A DNA stretch of 64,000 nt, taken from NCBI GenBank assembly GCA_002633005.1, contig NMRA01000677.1:62001-126000 (forward strand). Direction: 5' to 3'. This document shows positions 1 through 13,400 of this stretch, one piece after another; position 1 is the stretch's first letter, and the number at the start of each line of letters is the position of its first letter. This DNA comes from Phoronis australis (lineage: Eukaryota > Animalia > Phoronida). Position numbers and translations under genes: made by a program. The notes under the pieces are model-generated. The model did not search any database, was not told where the DNA came from, and saw nothing but the letters and a program-made list of their open reading frames with translations.

Positions 1-3000
1 CAGTAACTCAGCTGCAAAATGTTAGATGTCAGCCAATGTTGGCATTTTCCTATTTTACTGCCTACTAAATCACCTTAATGACTGCAATGAAATCATAAAT
101 GTCGACAAATTGCTCTGAATAATTTTATCTTTGCTGTGGATCTTCAAAAAACATCACCCACCCCTGCGACCATAAATCTTCTAGTTAAGGAGTCCTGCCT
201 AACTTCGGGTGCAACATGAAGGAGCCCTGATGATCAGTAATTCACCAATCAATGTTTTTGCATAATGTATATCAACAATTTGTGGCTTTGATCTGTGGCT
301 TAATTATTGCACTCACTATTTTAACAGACCTTTGATAGCACTCGACTTTTGTTTCAACAGAGAAGGGCCCTTTACTTGCAAACGGAATATTTCTGTATGC
401 TCAAATATTCTAATTACCTTTTAGAACCAGCATTTATCCCTCGAATTTCCAAGACTGGGACATTTCGACCATTTTCCTGGTTTTGTAAAAAATCAACTCT
501 GTCTGTTTAAAAAGTCCATACTTGTGTTGCTATGTCTCGCTAAGTGCATGACAGTGCCCTTTTCTAAACCAGTGACCCAAAACTGGGTGCTGAAAATGTC
601 ATCTGTTCCACTTTTGTCACATGGCGCCTTCCCCTGTCTGGCTAATCACTGCAACCTTGGTTTAGCTTTATGTGTTAATTGCTGTGAGCTAATCTAATTA
701 CTCCATGTATTGATCTGTGACTCATGCATAGTAGTGGCTCTATACTCACTGTACATAGGGATGTGGTGATGTGTACTAACTTCTTGAATAATTTTGGCGA
801 TACACAAATACACAGCCACCACCCTGTAAACATAGTGCCTCACTTATCAACCAGGCTACCTGCACAAACACACAGTCACCACGCTTGTAAACACAGTTCC
901 TTCCTTATCAAATCAGCTTCCCAGATCGCTCACAGATCGATTGCTCACGGACCTCCAACGAAGCTGCTGGACTAGCAAATTACAGTTTCAACACCCTAAA
1001 AAATGTGCCCAAACTTGCGGTTGCGGAACAGTGGACACAAACTCCATGTCCGTGTACTGTCAGTCCATGAACGGTGGGTGTGAGTCCGTTGCTGTATTTC
1101 GTGGGTGTGTAAGCCGTATTTTGTGAATCTAGCATTGGTTTTTGACGGTCGGTAAGGGGTGTCAGGTAGTCGGTTTGCCATGTTCAGTAATGAGGAACTA
1201 AGTTTATGAGTGCGGTAGTCGTGTTGTTCGCGTAGCCTAGGTGTTGTCTATAACATTTGACTTTTGGATTCAACATAATTGGCTGCCATTGTTACCAAGG
1301 ATCAAATTTCTTGAATAATTATTAATTGTAGTCCCATAACATGCACTATATATATATTTCTAAAACCTGCAATGATTACCAAAATTTCTGGGATGTTTGA
1401 AATCGTGTGGTTGTGTTTTCAAAAAAAATCTTAATTTTTCTCTGAGATAGCTCCAATTTCCACATACACACTTTTTCGCTTGAAACTTGAACATTCTATT
1501 TCTTTACTCTGTTAGCTCGAAAGCATGTCTAGCAGTTTCTTTTAGGCCTTTTTGCCCGAGGACGCGGCTGAAATGAAGACGTCAACATTCCTTGAAAAAA
1601 TGGAAGTCTTGAATTCTATTAGCTGTTAGGCAGGGGTTGTTGCACACAGTAGAGAAAATGTTTGTGCTGTGTATTACTTGAGGAGTTACGGGGATGATTG
1701 GTTGACTTCCTGTTACTGTTCTGTACAGTCTGGTGTGCAAAATTTTTCATCACTGGCAACTCATGGAGGTTTTGAGTGACCACAGTTTTCTGCTGGCCGA
1801 ACATTTGCAACTGCCTCCAAAACAGCATGCTGGTGCTGCGTTTTGGATAATTTTTGGTGGTGCTCCTCGGGCCCCCATGGAACAGTACATACAACTCTGG
1901 TAGTTTTGTAGGCTTATACTGAACATTATCCTGTTTGAACGTCACATGACTTGCAGAGTTTTTCTGAATGAAACTTGCTTATGTTGATGCACGTCTTCCA
2001 AATTTTGACAGTTTCTCTTCAGTTGTCCTGACTTTTATGCTGCTTTCCAACCAACATTGCAACTCTCCTGTTTTGCCTTTTCAGTCAGTGTGAAAGCTTA
2101 ACTCACCGATTTAAACATCTATTGCAATCCCTCCAAATAAGTTGATTAAACTGCGCGAGTTGTGCCACTCCCCTCTAGTAGAAAAGATTAACGCCACGCT
2201 GATGGGAGTAATCCAGAGTGCGAATGGCGCCTTCTTGTGTTAAACCTCTAGAGCTAGTGGTAACCCATTTACCCAGGTGTCACTACCGAAGAGGGGTCAG
2301 TGGGAAAGATGAGCAATGGAGTTTCAGCAGAACGGGAGATTTGATAATGGGAAAGCGATATAAAGCTGATAAACGTTATCCTCTTTCAGAAAATGTAAAT
2401 TGAATTCTGTTCTTGGACACGGAAATTTTGAGATTTTGGCAATTCTTAATGTTAGTATCCTTTATTAAGAAACTGTGATTGATTAGTTTCCATATCATAT
2501 GATAATTTAAAAGTTTTAAAAGAACTTGATGCGAGTTCAATGTTTGATATGTCAAAATAATCCCTCTGTTTTGTCCGATCATTCACAAGTTAAAAGGTTA
2601 ACTTCTAGGTGAACTTTATCTGCAGCTGTGTATCATATTGTTTATTGAAATTCACACTTGATGGCAGTTATTTCTGTATTTTGCCTTATCTTATCTCATT
2701 GTGAATACACCTTGCAAGACCAGCAAGTTTCATATTCGGTGGAACTGGAGTTTTCTCCCCTCTCAACTGGAATTTTATCTTGCGTTTTCTGCTCTGACAT
2801 GAGTCAAAATTCAAGTAGTTGCCTTAATCTTTTCACTTGAAGTGTGATAGATTGCCATTGTGCAAGACATCCTGCTGTGTGTTGCCAGTGGTAGCCCAGT
2901 GGGGTGGCTAGATAAGAGATGAGTTCTGAGTGAAAACATGAAAACATGTTTCTGATGACTTATGAGCTGAAAATTGACCCACTATTGCCATATCTGTGAG

Positions 3001-4291
3001 TGAAGTGATTGTTTTACTTTTCAGCATAATATATCTCCAGAAATCTCAAGTTCAACTAAATGTTTGTCTTCATTGTCCAAAATAGGAAAATAAGCTACGA
3101 AGCTGAGCTGCTCTGGGATTCGTGCATTTATGTAAAACCATGCTTGCATCCAACACTAACTCTCAATTATTCATTCTGTATATCCAAAAAGCACAAAAAT
3201 AGAAAAATATCTCAGTTACTTTTTATATATAACTATTTCCCTTAATTAGCACAGTTGAATAAGCCTTCTATTTTCTCAGCTGTAAAAGCACCTGATGACC
3301 TACTCTAAAATATAACTTTTCCCAGTAACAGGCCATCTGTGAAAGTTTCACAGAACTTTAAAAAGTCAAACGGTCCCTTCGGCAACAAAATAAATACCAC
3401 GAAATTGACCTTATTAACTTTCTCAACAAGTTAAATATGGGACTAGAGAAATGTCGGCATGAACTGTGAAGCTAACTTAAGCATTCACATAAGTGTAATT
3501 CTCTACGTATTTCAAAATTAATTAAATATATTTTTATGATAGTCGGCGTGTGTATGTGTGCATGTGTGAAATGAGCTGAAACGCTAATAGTTGGCAACGG
3601 GTGATAGCTAATTGTCTTTTTTCGGGGGTTTGTTACAAATTGAAAGTACATGGTCACACCTTCATAGTGGTAATTAACATATTGACAGACAGGAATTGCA
3701 GTTGTCGTAATTTAACTAATGAACGGGTGATGAGTGTGGTGGTTTTTTGGTGTACCAGCTCGGGATATACCGGTAGTACAGGGGCACAGCACTAATCCTC
3801 GTTGGCAAGTAATCAGGCTCCACGTCAATAAGAGTTGTTCTGCATGTGAAGATGAGGTGAATTGAGGAAAGTTACACGAATAATGCGAAAAAGCAAAATC
3901 ATCCAAGACTGCAAATTCACATGCGTGAAAGAGTAGTGTTTTTTTCTACTAAGCTCAGGAGCTTAGTAGTGTACCCTAGAAAAATGTCAGCCACTTGATT
4001 GGTAGGTGCGTGTTGTTCGAGTGTTGTATTGTGAAACAGAATTCACTTTTTCTGTTGTACGAACGAGCATCTCACCTTAAGTGCATCGGGAATGTCTTGT
4101 GTCTATGGATGGCAGCGCTGTTATAATGAAAACCAACAGAGTATGTCTTGTGTTCCATTCGTGCATTTTGTGCTTCTTGGTTAAACTTGTGTGAATGTTC
4201 TGAAGTCTAGTTTCATGCCAAGTGATTTAAGACTTAAAATACAAGTTGATCGAGTTATTGTATGTACATTTTGCGAATTCGTTTCTTTCAG

Positions 4292-4424
4292 GGATTTCAC
4301 CGTCAGTAGCTGTTCGTAAGCAGCGAAGCTCTACAGCCATGGTGCACCATGCCAACTTAACGCTTAAGTGCGTTTCTCGCGGCAACCCTGACCCATCAGT
4401 TCAGTGGTACAGAAACAAAATAAC
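4292..4424 (+). CDS. PTK7: PTK7 exon, Ig domain N-half (ISPSVAVRK...LKCVSRGNPDPSVQWYRNK)
   Basis: tttcag acceptor, gtaagt donor; Ig Cys and Trp strands. Confidence 0.92.
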
Positions 4425-7400
4425 GTAAGTTTTAAAATTAAAAACAGACTTTTTTTGATGGTCTGTTCCATAAGCCTTTAACTGTCTTTTAAGTATGACT
4501 GTATCAGTAAAAATCATTAGTTGTTATGTTACAGTAAAAGTTTTCCAGTTTGGGATAGTCTCTAGAATTCGGAACACTGAAATTTGGCATTCATCATATG
4601 TCTCTGCTTGATGAATATGAGGGTCACAATTGAAACGTTAGACTCACGCCATTGCGGGGAAACGGGATGTCCCAAGGTAATAACCATATTATCTGAACAC
4701 CGCTCAGTACAGCTTAAACGTGTCTGTACCTATGGTGGTACCCATAATGGTTACATCCTCTGCACCTATTCCTGAACATCTTGATTCATAAAGAGTGTAC
4801 CTTTCATACCACTATGCTGTGAACAGCTTGTCATTTCCTGGGCTGTAGCTGATTTGTCTTAAAAGCGATGTCTTAGAGATTGACTTATTAACTTACATAG
4901 TTACAGTAAAAAGTCCTCAATTTGGGACAAAAATAATTGCTGAAATTACCATATTACCACATTGTTGCAAATGTTCAAAATTTTACATAATGTTGTTTAT
5001 TTTTACACCGTATACACCATGCCAGAAGCAAAGTAAATTTTCCTGAACGGTTACTTTTGTTGAGAAACATATGTCTGAAATTGAATAATTTTTACGGTAA
5101 TTGGTGAAGTCATAATCTCAAAATACCTTTTATTGTTTTGAGGTCTCCTTACATCAAGACTGCCAAGATGCCATCGTCGCGGATAGTTCATAGTCATTGA
5201 ATATGGTCATTTGAAATCTGTGTCAAATCTTAACTTTACATGATTGTCAGTTCTCAATGTCGTTCAATCGGAGTTGTGCAGCATGAATTTTGTTTCCCAT
5301 AAAACTGGCATAAAGTCACACATCATGTTATGGTATCTATGATTGGGCAGACATAAATGAAAGCTATGAAACCAGTTAATAGCCCAAATCTCCAGTGGTG
5401 CAAGAAGTCGCATATGTTCTTGATCTAGACTGGTTAACCAAGGATGATAGCGTTAATTTATAGAATTTGATCTCGATTCTTGAATGAGACCTGTATGTCT
5501 CCTGGAATTAGCGCGACTGGCATAAACTGAAACAGTTGTTAGCACTCAAGATGAAGTGTATAGAATTCATGCATACTGGAAAGTTCCCGAGGGCTTCTAG
5601 CATCATGGTCTTCCGCTCATCGAATGGAATTAAAGATATCGTTTATTAGTTAATGTTGTTGAACTCACTGGAAACCTTTTTTGTCCCAATTTTGCAAAAT
5701 AAATGGAATTCCTCTCCATTGCCTAGGTGAACAGCTTATGGTTGGAATAACTATCAGTTTTGTCTGCTAATAATGTAACATTTACAAGTTAGCATTTGGC
5801 ATTTAGCAAAATTAATTGGCTTGCCAAATGAAAAAGCCTCCCCTAAGGCTTTGAAGGTTTACCTGTTAAGACGCATGGCGGAACGCGTTAATTGTAAGAT
5901 TATTCTGTCTCGTTATTGGGGAGCGTTGTCTTATGCAGAGGGAAAAATGTGGTAAAATTCCCCCTATTTTGGACATAAAGGATAGTCAGAAACATTTTTT
6001 TATTCTTCAAAGAATTATAAAATTTTTGTGAATAGCCGCAATTTCTCAGAATTATTGTCATGGGAGCTATAGTGTAGATTTTTATAAATTCTGTAGCATG
6101 TATTTGGTGTTACTTATCTTCATTAAAAAATGAAAGCATAAAATTCCTCTAGTCGGCCATATTGTGTCTTAAATTGATGCAATTTTACCATACACTTTGA
6201 CCACTCAAATCTAGGAAGTTCACAATGTATGAAGTTAAAATGAAATATACTTAAACGTTTATCCAAATATCACATTTTTTATTCAATGTTTTAGAATATT
6301 CCCAAGTTCCAAGTTCCGCCTCAGCCAAGACCGCCTAAGAATACTCAAGGCAACTTCATCCGACAATGGTGTCTACTCTTGTCTTGCGCGCAACCCTGCT
6401 GGCGAAGTGGACAGCTTGAACAATTTTATACTCAACATCAGAGGTGGGTTATTCTTTTGTGTTCAATCCATAATTCACTGCTGCTGTANNNNNNNNNNNN
6501 NNNNNNNNNNNNNNNNNNNNNNNNNNNNNNNNNNNNNNNNNNNNNNNNNNNNNNNNNNNNNNNNNNNNNNNNNNNNNNNNNNNNNNNNNNNNNNNNNNNN
6601 NNNNNNNNNNNNNNNNNNNNNNNNNNNNNNNNNNNNNNNNNNNNNNNNNNNNNNNNNNNNNNNNNNNNNNNNNNNNNNNNNNNNNNNNNNNNNNNNNNNN
6701 NNNNNNNNNNNNNNNNNNNNNNNNNNNNNNNNNNNNNNNNNNNNNNNNNNNNNNNNNNNNNNNNNNNNNNNNNNNNNNNNNNNNNNNNNNNNNNNNNNNN
6801 NNNNNNNNNNNNNNNNNNNNNNNNNNNNNNNNNNNNNNNNNNNNNNNNNNNNNNNNNNNNNNNNNNNNNNNNNNNNNNNNNNNNNNNNNNNNNNNNNNNN
6901 NNNNNNNNNNNNNNNNNNNNNNNNNNNNNNNNNNNNNNNNNNNNNNNNNNNNNNNNNNNNNNNNNNNNNNNNNNNNNNNNNNNNNNNNNNNNCCTCCTAA
7001 GTCTGCTATGGTTAATTACAGTACTAGACTAACTTGTAAAGTCATATGTGGGCAAAACCTAAATACTCTTACTTAAGTGTATAAACCAGCGTTGAAGAGG
7101 TATGGAACGAAATAAACAGACTAAATTGCAAGATTGAAAGTGGTTCTCTGCCACTGAAACAGAATTCAACATGCCCACCAAGTATTTTTTTTTTGTTTGT
7201 TCTTAAAGATTTTTAGTTTTTGTTGACATCAAAAGCATTTGGTATGGCAAGATGTAGATGTAGAACATTTCCTTTTATGGAAATTGTGACCTTTGACCTC
7301 AAGCATCTTAAAGCAACTGGCTGTGAGCACATGCACGCATTCATCATAAGTGGGAGAGAGATTTGAAACTCCGTGGTAATCACAGTTTTTCCTTCGCATG

Positions 7401-10400
7401 CATTTCAAAAATCGTGAATTTTGTGATTTTTTCTGGAACTTTCCTCTCAGAGGAAACTAATTTACTCTGTACTAGACGTTGCGTGATGTACTTTCGTCAG
7501 GAATTCTTTTAAATACTTTTTTGACCTTTTGCGTTCCACTTATCTTTAAATCAAAAATACCTATTTATTTAGACTACGTATTGATATAAAACAGATCTCA
7601 AATTGTTCCTGAAGTGAAAAATGGTTTCTGGTTTGGAAAAAAATGACAGTTTGTTATTGCTTGATGGCGGGTGCCTAAAGTGACCAACCGTGACATGGAA
7701 GTTTTAGAACCTGGTTTCAACCAATCATGAACTTCCATTCTTTGCAAGCTTAGAAATCTCCTCAAATTTGAACTATTTGAGGCCAATATTTATGTAATGG
7801 AAGGTGATCAAAATCAGAAGTTAGTGTTTGTCACTTGTGATGGAAGGCCGGAATATAGCCACTGGTATCTAAAAGTGAAACATTGAAAATTTAGATGTCT
7901 TCGAGTCTGTTTTATGAAAAGAGACTAAAGACTTTAGAAATTTGGTCTTGCGTTCCACACAACCATTTCTGACAAATCGTTAAATCTCACTTGAGGAAAA
8001 TTGCAAAGTCCCCGAGAATATGCACGTCACTGATAGTTTCTGAGATAATTTTTACAAATTATTTTTAGAGTGTGATGCGCTCATGATTAAAAATAATTGC
8101 AGGCGGTCTGGGGCATATTGTACCTGGTAATCATTGCACTGATCTCCTGGAACCAGTTTAATACCCGAGCTGAGGAGCTATAGACCTGACTCAAGGGTCT
8201 AGCAGTGTGTCCCAGTGAGACTCGAACCTAGGACCTTGAGTAAAGAGACGGACACCTATCTTAGGCCACACTGTAATCATAATTACTTGGATAAACCTTT
8301 CTTCAGCAATTAAGGCACTTTCATGAAACAGACCCCAGGACAGCTCCTAGTTCAGCCGTGATATAAAAATAATTTAATTCACACTCTTACTGGTGTTATG
8401 GGTTAGCAGCCTTTTAACTTTAAACAGTGGGGCATGGACTTCAAAATGATTCGGTGCAGACCAGAATCAAATCTGCTATGTTTTTCCTCATATTGTGCTC
8501 ATTATTTTGTACTGCTGCTTGTACAGCAGAATAGGAAGCTCCCCCCTTTGTCTATCTATTCTCAGATTACCTTCTGGGATAGTCATATTTCTTACTATGG
8601 TATGTAAATCAGGGTGCTGAAGTCTGGCTATGCTTGAATGAAATTGTCTATAAACTGTGGGAGGACTAAAAAAGCTTTTAGACTGTAAAGTACAAATGCG
8701 GGTGTTTTATCTTGGCATTGAGTCTCCAACTGTTTGAACTTGCTTGTCATTCTATGGCTTGGTTCCACATGGCTGGTTGGCTGATGGATTCCTACCGGCC
8801 TGTGTAACTGGTGTGTTGACTGCAGGCAGGCCCGTCTGTCTGCCATAATGACAATGTGAGGAATAGTGCTGTCATCACTGATGTGAGTCTAAACTCAATG
8901 TTATGGACTTGTCTCCAGTCTTTTTCACACCACACCCTCTTGTGGTGCTTGCTTGTAAATCTTCATCAGATAACAGATAGGAAATTGGCCATACGCTTGT
9001 ATAGACACTGCCCTGGGTCAAATCACTATACTTGAAACTAACTCTAAAATTGACCAACTGCAAGCCAAGATTATATGTACTTAAATCACGAATCACGCAA
9101 TGTGATTCAAGTTTCAAGGAGTCTAGTCCTGAGTACAGAGGCCATCCACTGGACCCAGAATGAAATATTTCAAGTGTATGTAAAAAAACAGTCTTCTCAC
9201 TGTGAGCGGATCTAAATCGCTGGCAAGTTTGAGGAGTGCAGACGCTTCATCACACTTCCTAAGTGCATATTTCTTTCACAAATGTTTTTAAACATTGAAT
9301 GAGGCCACTGCGGATGTGATCAAACACCATGTGAATCGGCAAGTTATTAAACGAAGCCCTGACATAAGGCTGTCAAACCAGGCCATTCTTTTTTCATTCC
9401 AAACTTGATTAATAGGAATTGCCTTTGAGAAACAGAAGCTTGTCTCTCTTGATTGATATTCCATGAGCCTCTGTAGACTCATTGTTGGCAATTCTGTTGT
9501 GCTGTGGCAGAAATTCAATATCACTTGACTTTCAACTTGTTGTTGGAGTCCAGCTTGACTCAAGTGAGTAAATAGGGGGTGATGTAAGACTTCTCTGATT
9601 AATGCCTTCCAGCCAGTGATTGAAATTGTGCCCATAAATCTTTGAACTGAGTCAGACAGTTGGATTTCCACATTGTGGTCTCAGATGTACAAAGAAGGCG
9701 CATGGATGTGTGTATGAATGGTACTTGTGTCAGTATTAACTGATTGTTGTGTCTTCTGGGAAGCATAAAAATATGATCAATAAACAATATGAGAAACATT
9801 CTGGCCAAAATACTGTAACTGATGTTTGGGTGTACGGTATTAATTTTATTTAATTTTGTACGTCTAAAATTAATCCTTCAAGGCTTTAAAATGTTCCGAA
9901 ATATTTCTTGACAAAAAGAAGAATGTGGAGTGCTCAAAGAATTAGAATGTGTTTTCTGGTCCTTTTTAGAGTAAAATTTTTGTGCAGTTAGAAATTCAGC
10001 TATAGTTTTGGCTAAATTTCTAAGTTATTTTTAGTGTAATGAAGTATAGTCTGTATAATTTCCATAAAGTAGAAAGGTATTTTTTATGAAAAATGCATAG
10101 TTCTTGTAAGGTTACATAAGAGCCTCTGAAAAATGTTCAAATTTGGCAAACTTAGGAACTTGAGTCAAATCTTAGGTGTATGCTTGATCGCATTCACACG
10201 AAACTTTCAGATACTATGCTGTATGCACTGTTCCCCAATATACTGGTAGGAATTGTTTTTAAAATGTCCCATTTTTGCATGATGGACTATCAAGATATGG
10301 TACTTCTATGATTTTCATGACAATGCTAAAAAATTTTTGGTAGTGGATGTTTCATTTTATAGAGCGGCTTTTCGTGAGTAAATGTTGGTGTGTGTGTGTT

Positions 10401-13400
10401 TGTGTGGGAAATATTACAATGTCATTTAGTCCTGTTTTCATCATAAATATCATGTTTGTTGGTACATTTGGTACATATGTTTAACAGAAGAAAAATCATT
10501 TAGATTTTATTCTGGTCTTAGATTGGTTTCATTAAGTTAGTTTTCGTATTTCATGATTTTCTACACCTAATTTACTTGCCTTGAGAATGCAATCAACGGA
10601 TAAGCAATTAGCTCAATTTTTGTTTCAATTTCAAGATCAAATGATATTTGCTTAATTTATGATGTTACGCAACTCTAGATGTGGTCATTATCACTTGACA
10701 GAATGACATTTCTCTGTGTTGAAAACTCTTATAGTTTTTACTTTCAGTTGTCGGTGTTGTGTTCCATTTGTCAATAATTCCATCTAATGAACAATATCTA
10801 TGCTAAAAATTCTCCAGTTTGGTCAATCTCTAAATTTGGGACAATGAAATTTCATCGGAATTTTCTTGATTCCGGAAATTAGAACGTTGGCAGTTTTGGC
10901 GTTCATCATATTTTTCAAATGTCGGCATTTTGAATAAACGCAGTCTGAAAATAGGTTCGACAATTCATAAAATCGTAGAAATTAGCCTACAATGCTACAT
11001 TTTCATCTGCTCTGTCATTGTTTGTCATTGAAATGAACACGGATGTGGTTGATCAGCATTTTTGAACTCAGGACAGCTCAGTGGTATTGCTTATTTCTAA
11101 ATTTGGTACAAGCTTCCAACCTGGAACAAAATTAATTTTTCAATCTCCCAAGCTGGCGAATTTTAACTGTAAAGCATCCTTGAAGTGAGTGACAGTATGC
11201 ACATTTGTAATCTGAGCTCGGTTCACATTCGTTGGCTTTTTATATTGTATAGTAATGTGTTTGGTTTCATTTTAAAATCGCGTGTGTGCAACACTAATTA
11301 GGTCAAGCAACACTAATTAGGTCGAGCCAAAATCACTTACTTCAAATTTGTATCAATCAAATTAGCAGTGGTGAATCATCACGTTTTAAACAAGTGATGA
11401 AATCCATGCGCTCCACAGTTTTATTTTGTGCAATTGGGTTGGCCAACTCGCCATATTTAAGAATCAAAACAAAGGGTTCCACGTCAAAACATGAACCAAC
11501 AGTGTTTTTTAAAGACGGTGCTTCCTGGGGCTTTAAATGAATATCCACCGTTTGCGTTAAGAAATTTTATTGGCGGATTTTGCCACTCCTGTTCATTGCC
11601 TCACTTCAAAGTGCGGTTATTATCTTCTTAATTTCGCACTAAAATAATTGCCAAGATGATCATTTTTCAATTTTTTAAGAGTTGATCACATTTTTGCAAA
11701 TAATGAGAGCTTATGAAATTTCATACTTTATGACATCAACATGCTGTAATCCACGCTTGTAATAGACTACAGTTTCCTTAATCGTTACTTTTGAGGAGAA
11801 ATTTTTAAAAAAAATTAAGTTATCTTCCATATTGTGTGCTAAGTTAATGAAGATTCACCGCAGAAGTATACTGTGAATAAATGTTATTTCTTAAAGTCAA
11901 TGTTTAATTCTATCTTTAGTCATAAAGAGCTATCTAAAATTCACTCTGTCTTCACTTAATTGACTTTACCGATTGTGCCAGGCCAACTGGTCAAGACATC
12001 TGATTGGTCCTCGATGACGACTTCCTGGCAGAAGTGGGGAAATCAATCAACCGCAGCCTCTACCTCTTTCCCTTTGATATTTATAGTATAAATAGGATTG
12101 TTCATGTTCAGTAGCAATATAAATAGGATTGTTCATGTTCAGTAACAATATAAATAGGATTGTTCATGTTCAGTAGCAATATAAATAGGATTGTTCATGT
12201 TCAGTAGCAATATAAATAGGATTGTTCATGTTCAGTAGCAATATAAATAGGATTGTTCATGTTCCTTAGCAATGTTCATAAATATGAACGTTGTTTATTC
12301 CAGCCTCCAATGCAGCCTATTTGCTCCAAGATACATTTAAAGACATCTACATCTTGAAGAGAAATTCCCCTGCTATGCTCAACTGTAAATTTGTAAATGC
12401 CGCATTGACTGACTGGTATTTTGGGGATGAAAAATTGTCCAACAATTCCAGGTAAGTTCTTCGTCTCAGTGGGCTTTTAAAAATCTCCATTAACTCTGTT
12501 AGACAAACCGTGTGTTTATAAACAGTGTTTAATTAGTGGAGCCAGGTATTTTGATGCAAAATCCAAACATGGTACCTTTCAATTATACAATGCGTGAACT
12601 ACGGGCCTGTTCTTAACCAAGCCTCTTATGTTGTTACAAAATTTAAGTTTTCTGTGATTTTTAAAATCTGACATAAAGCGTAATGCCTAATGCACCAGTA
12701 ACTAATAACCTATGTTCAAATGTGCAATTGCACCAGGAATAAGACGATCTACGGTAATATAAATGAAGGACAGAATTGAACCAGCATTCACACAATTTGA
12801 CACAAACGTAGTGATTTAACCCCAATTTCTTTGCAACTGTACAAAATAGGTCTGGGCAACTTGCTTAGGACAACTGCCACTTGAAAGAAGCTTTGGCGAG
12901 GAGGGAGTAGTGATCAGTATCACTGCTCTGCAGTGTAGTTCACAAGAGCACTTGCACCCAATCACATGCACCGGAACAATTTTTGTTGTCACCTATGCCT
13001 TCATACCGGAGGCAAACTTGTCCTGTGGATATCCTCCAGATCTGGACATCTCAAGTTGCCCACTGGTGAACTAACATTAGCACAACTGGCTGTTTGAACT
13101 CGGTTTACTAATACATGTGGCATGAGAAGAGGGTGAAAATTGATTCCGCGACCATTGCCTCTGAATTTCACCTTCGATTCCTTAAAAAAATAATCTCGGA
13201 CTAGCAAGCGTCAATTCTGCGGTAGAAATTCCATACCCATTCAATACATGTTTCACAAGTACTTAATACCTGAGTACCAAACTACAGACCCTGACAAATG
13301 GGTTCTCAAATGAGTTTGTCCCCTGTAATTTGATGAGACACAGTCCTGGAATCATTCCCACCCGCTGGTGAGTCTCTGCTATTAGTTTTCATGCTTGGTA

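Noticed and set aside
6379-7032. 217-aa and 197-aa ORFs in the track
   Set aside because: Artefacts of translating through the N gap; only 6295-6443 is coding.
7246-7262. miR-31-like 5' sequence tggcaagatgt
   Set aside because: The match stops after 11 nt and there is no hairpin; the let-7-like tgaggtag at 37761 was rejected for the same reason.
9288-9808. 127-aa and 69-aa minus-strand ORFs in a PTK7 intron (nested gene or retroelement?)
   Set aside because: No recognisable motifs or splice structure; consistent with chance ORFs.
12087-12272. CRISPR-like regular repeats (also 52015-52110)
   Set aside because: Head-to-tail tandem units without unique spacers, no cas genes, eukaryotic context.
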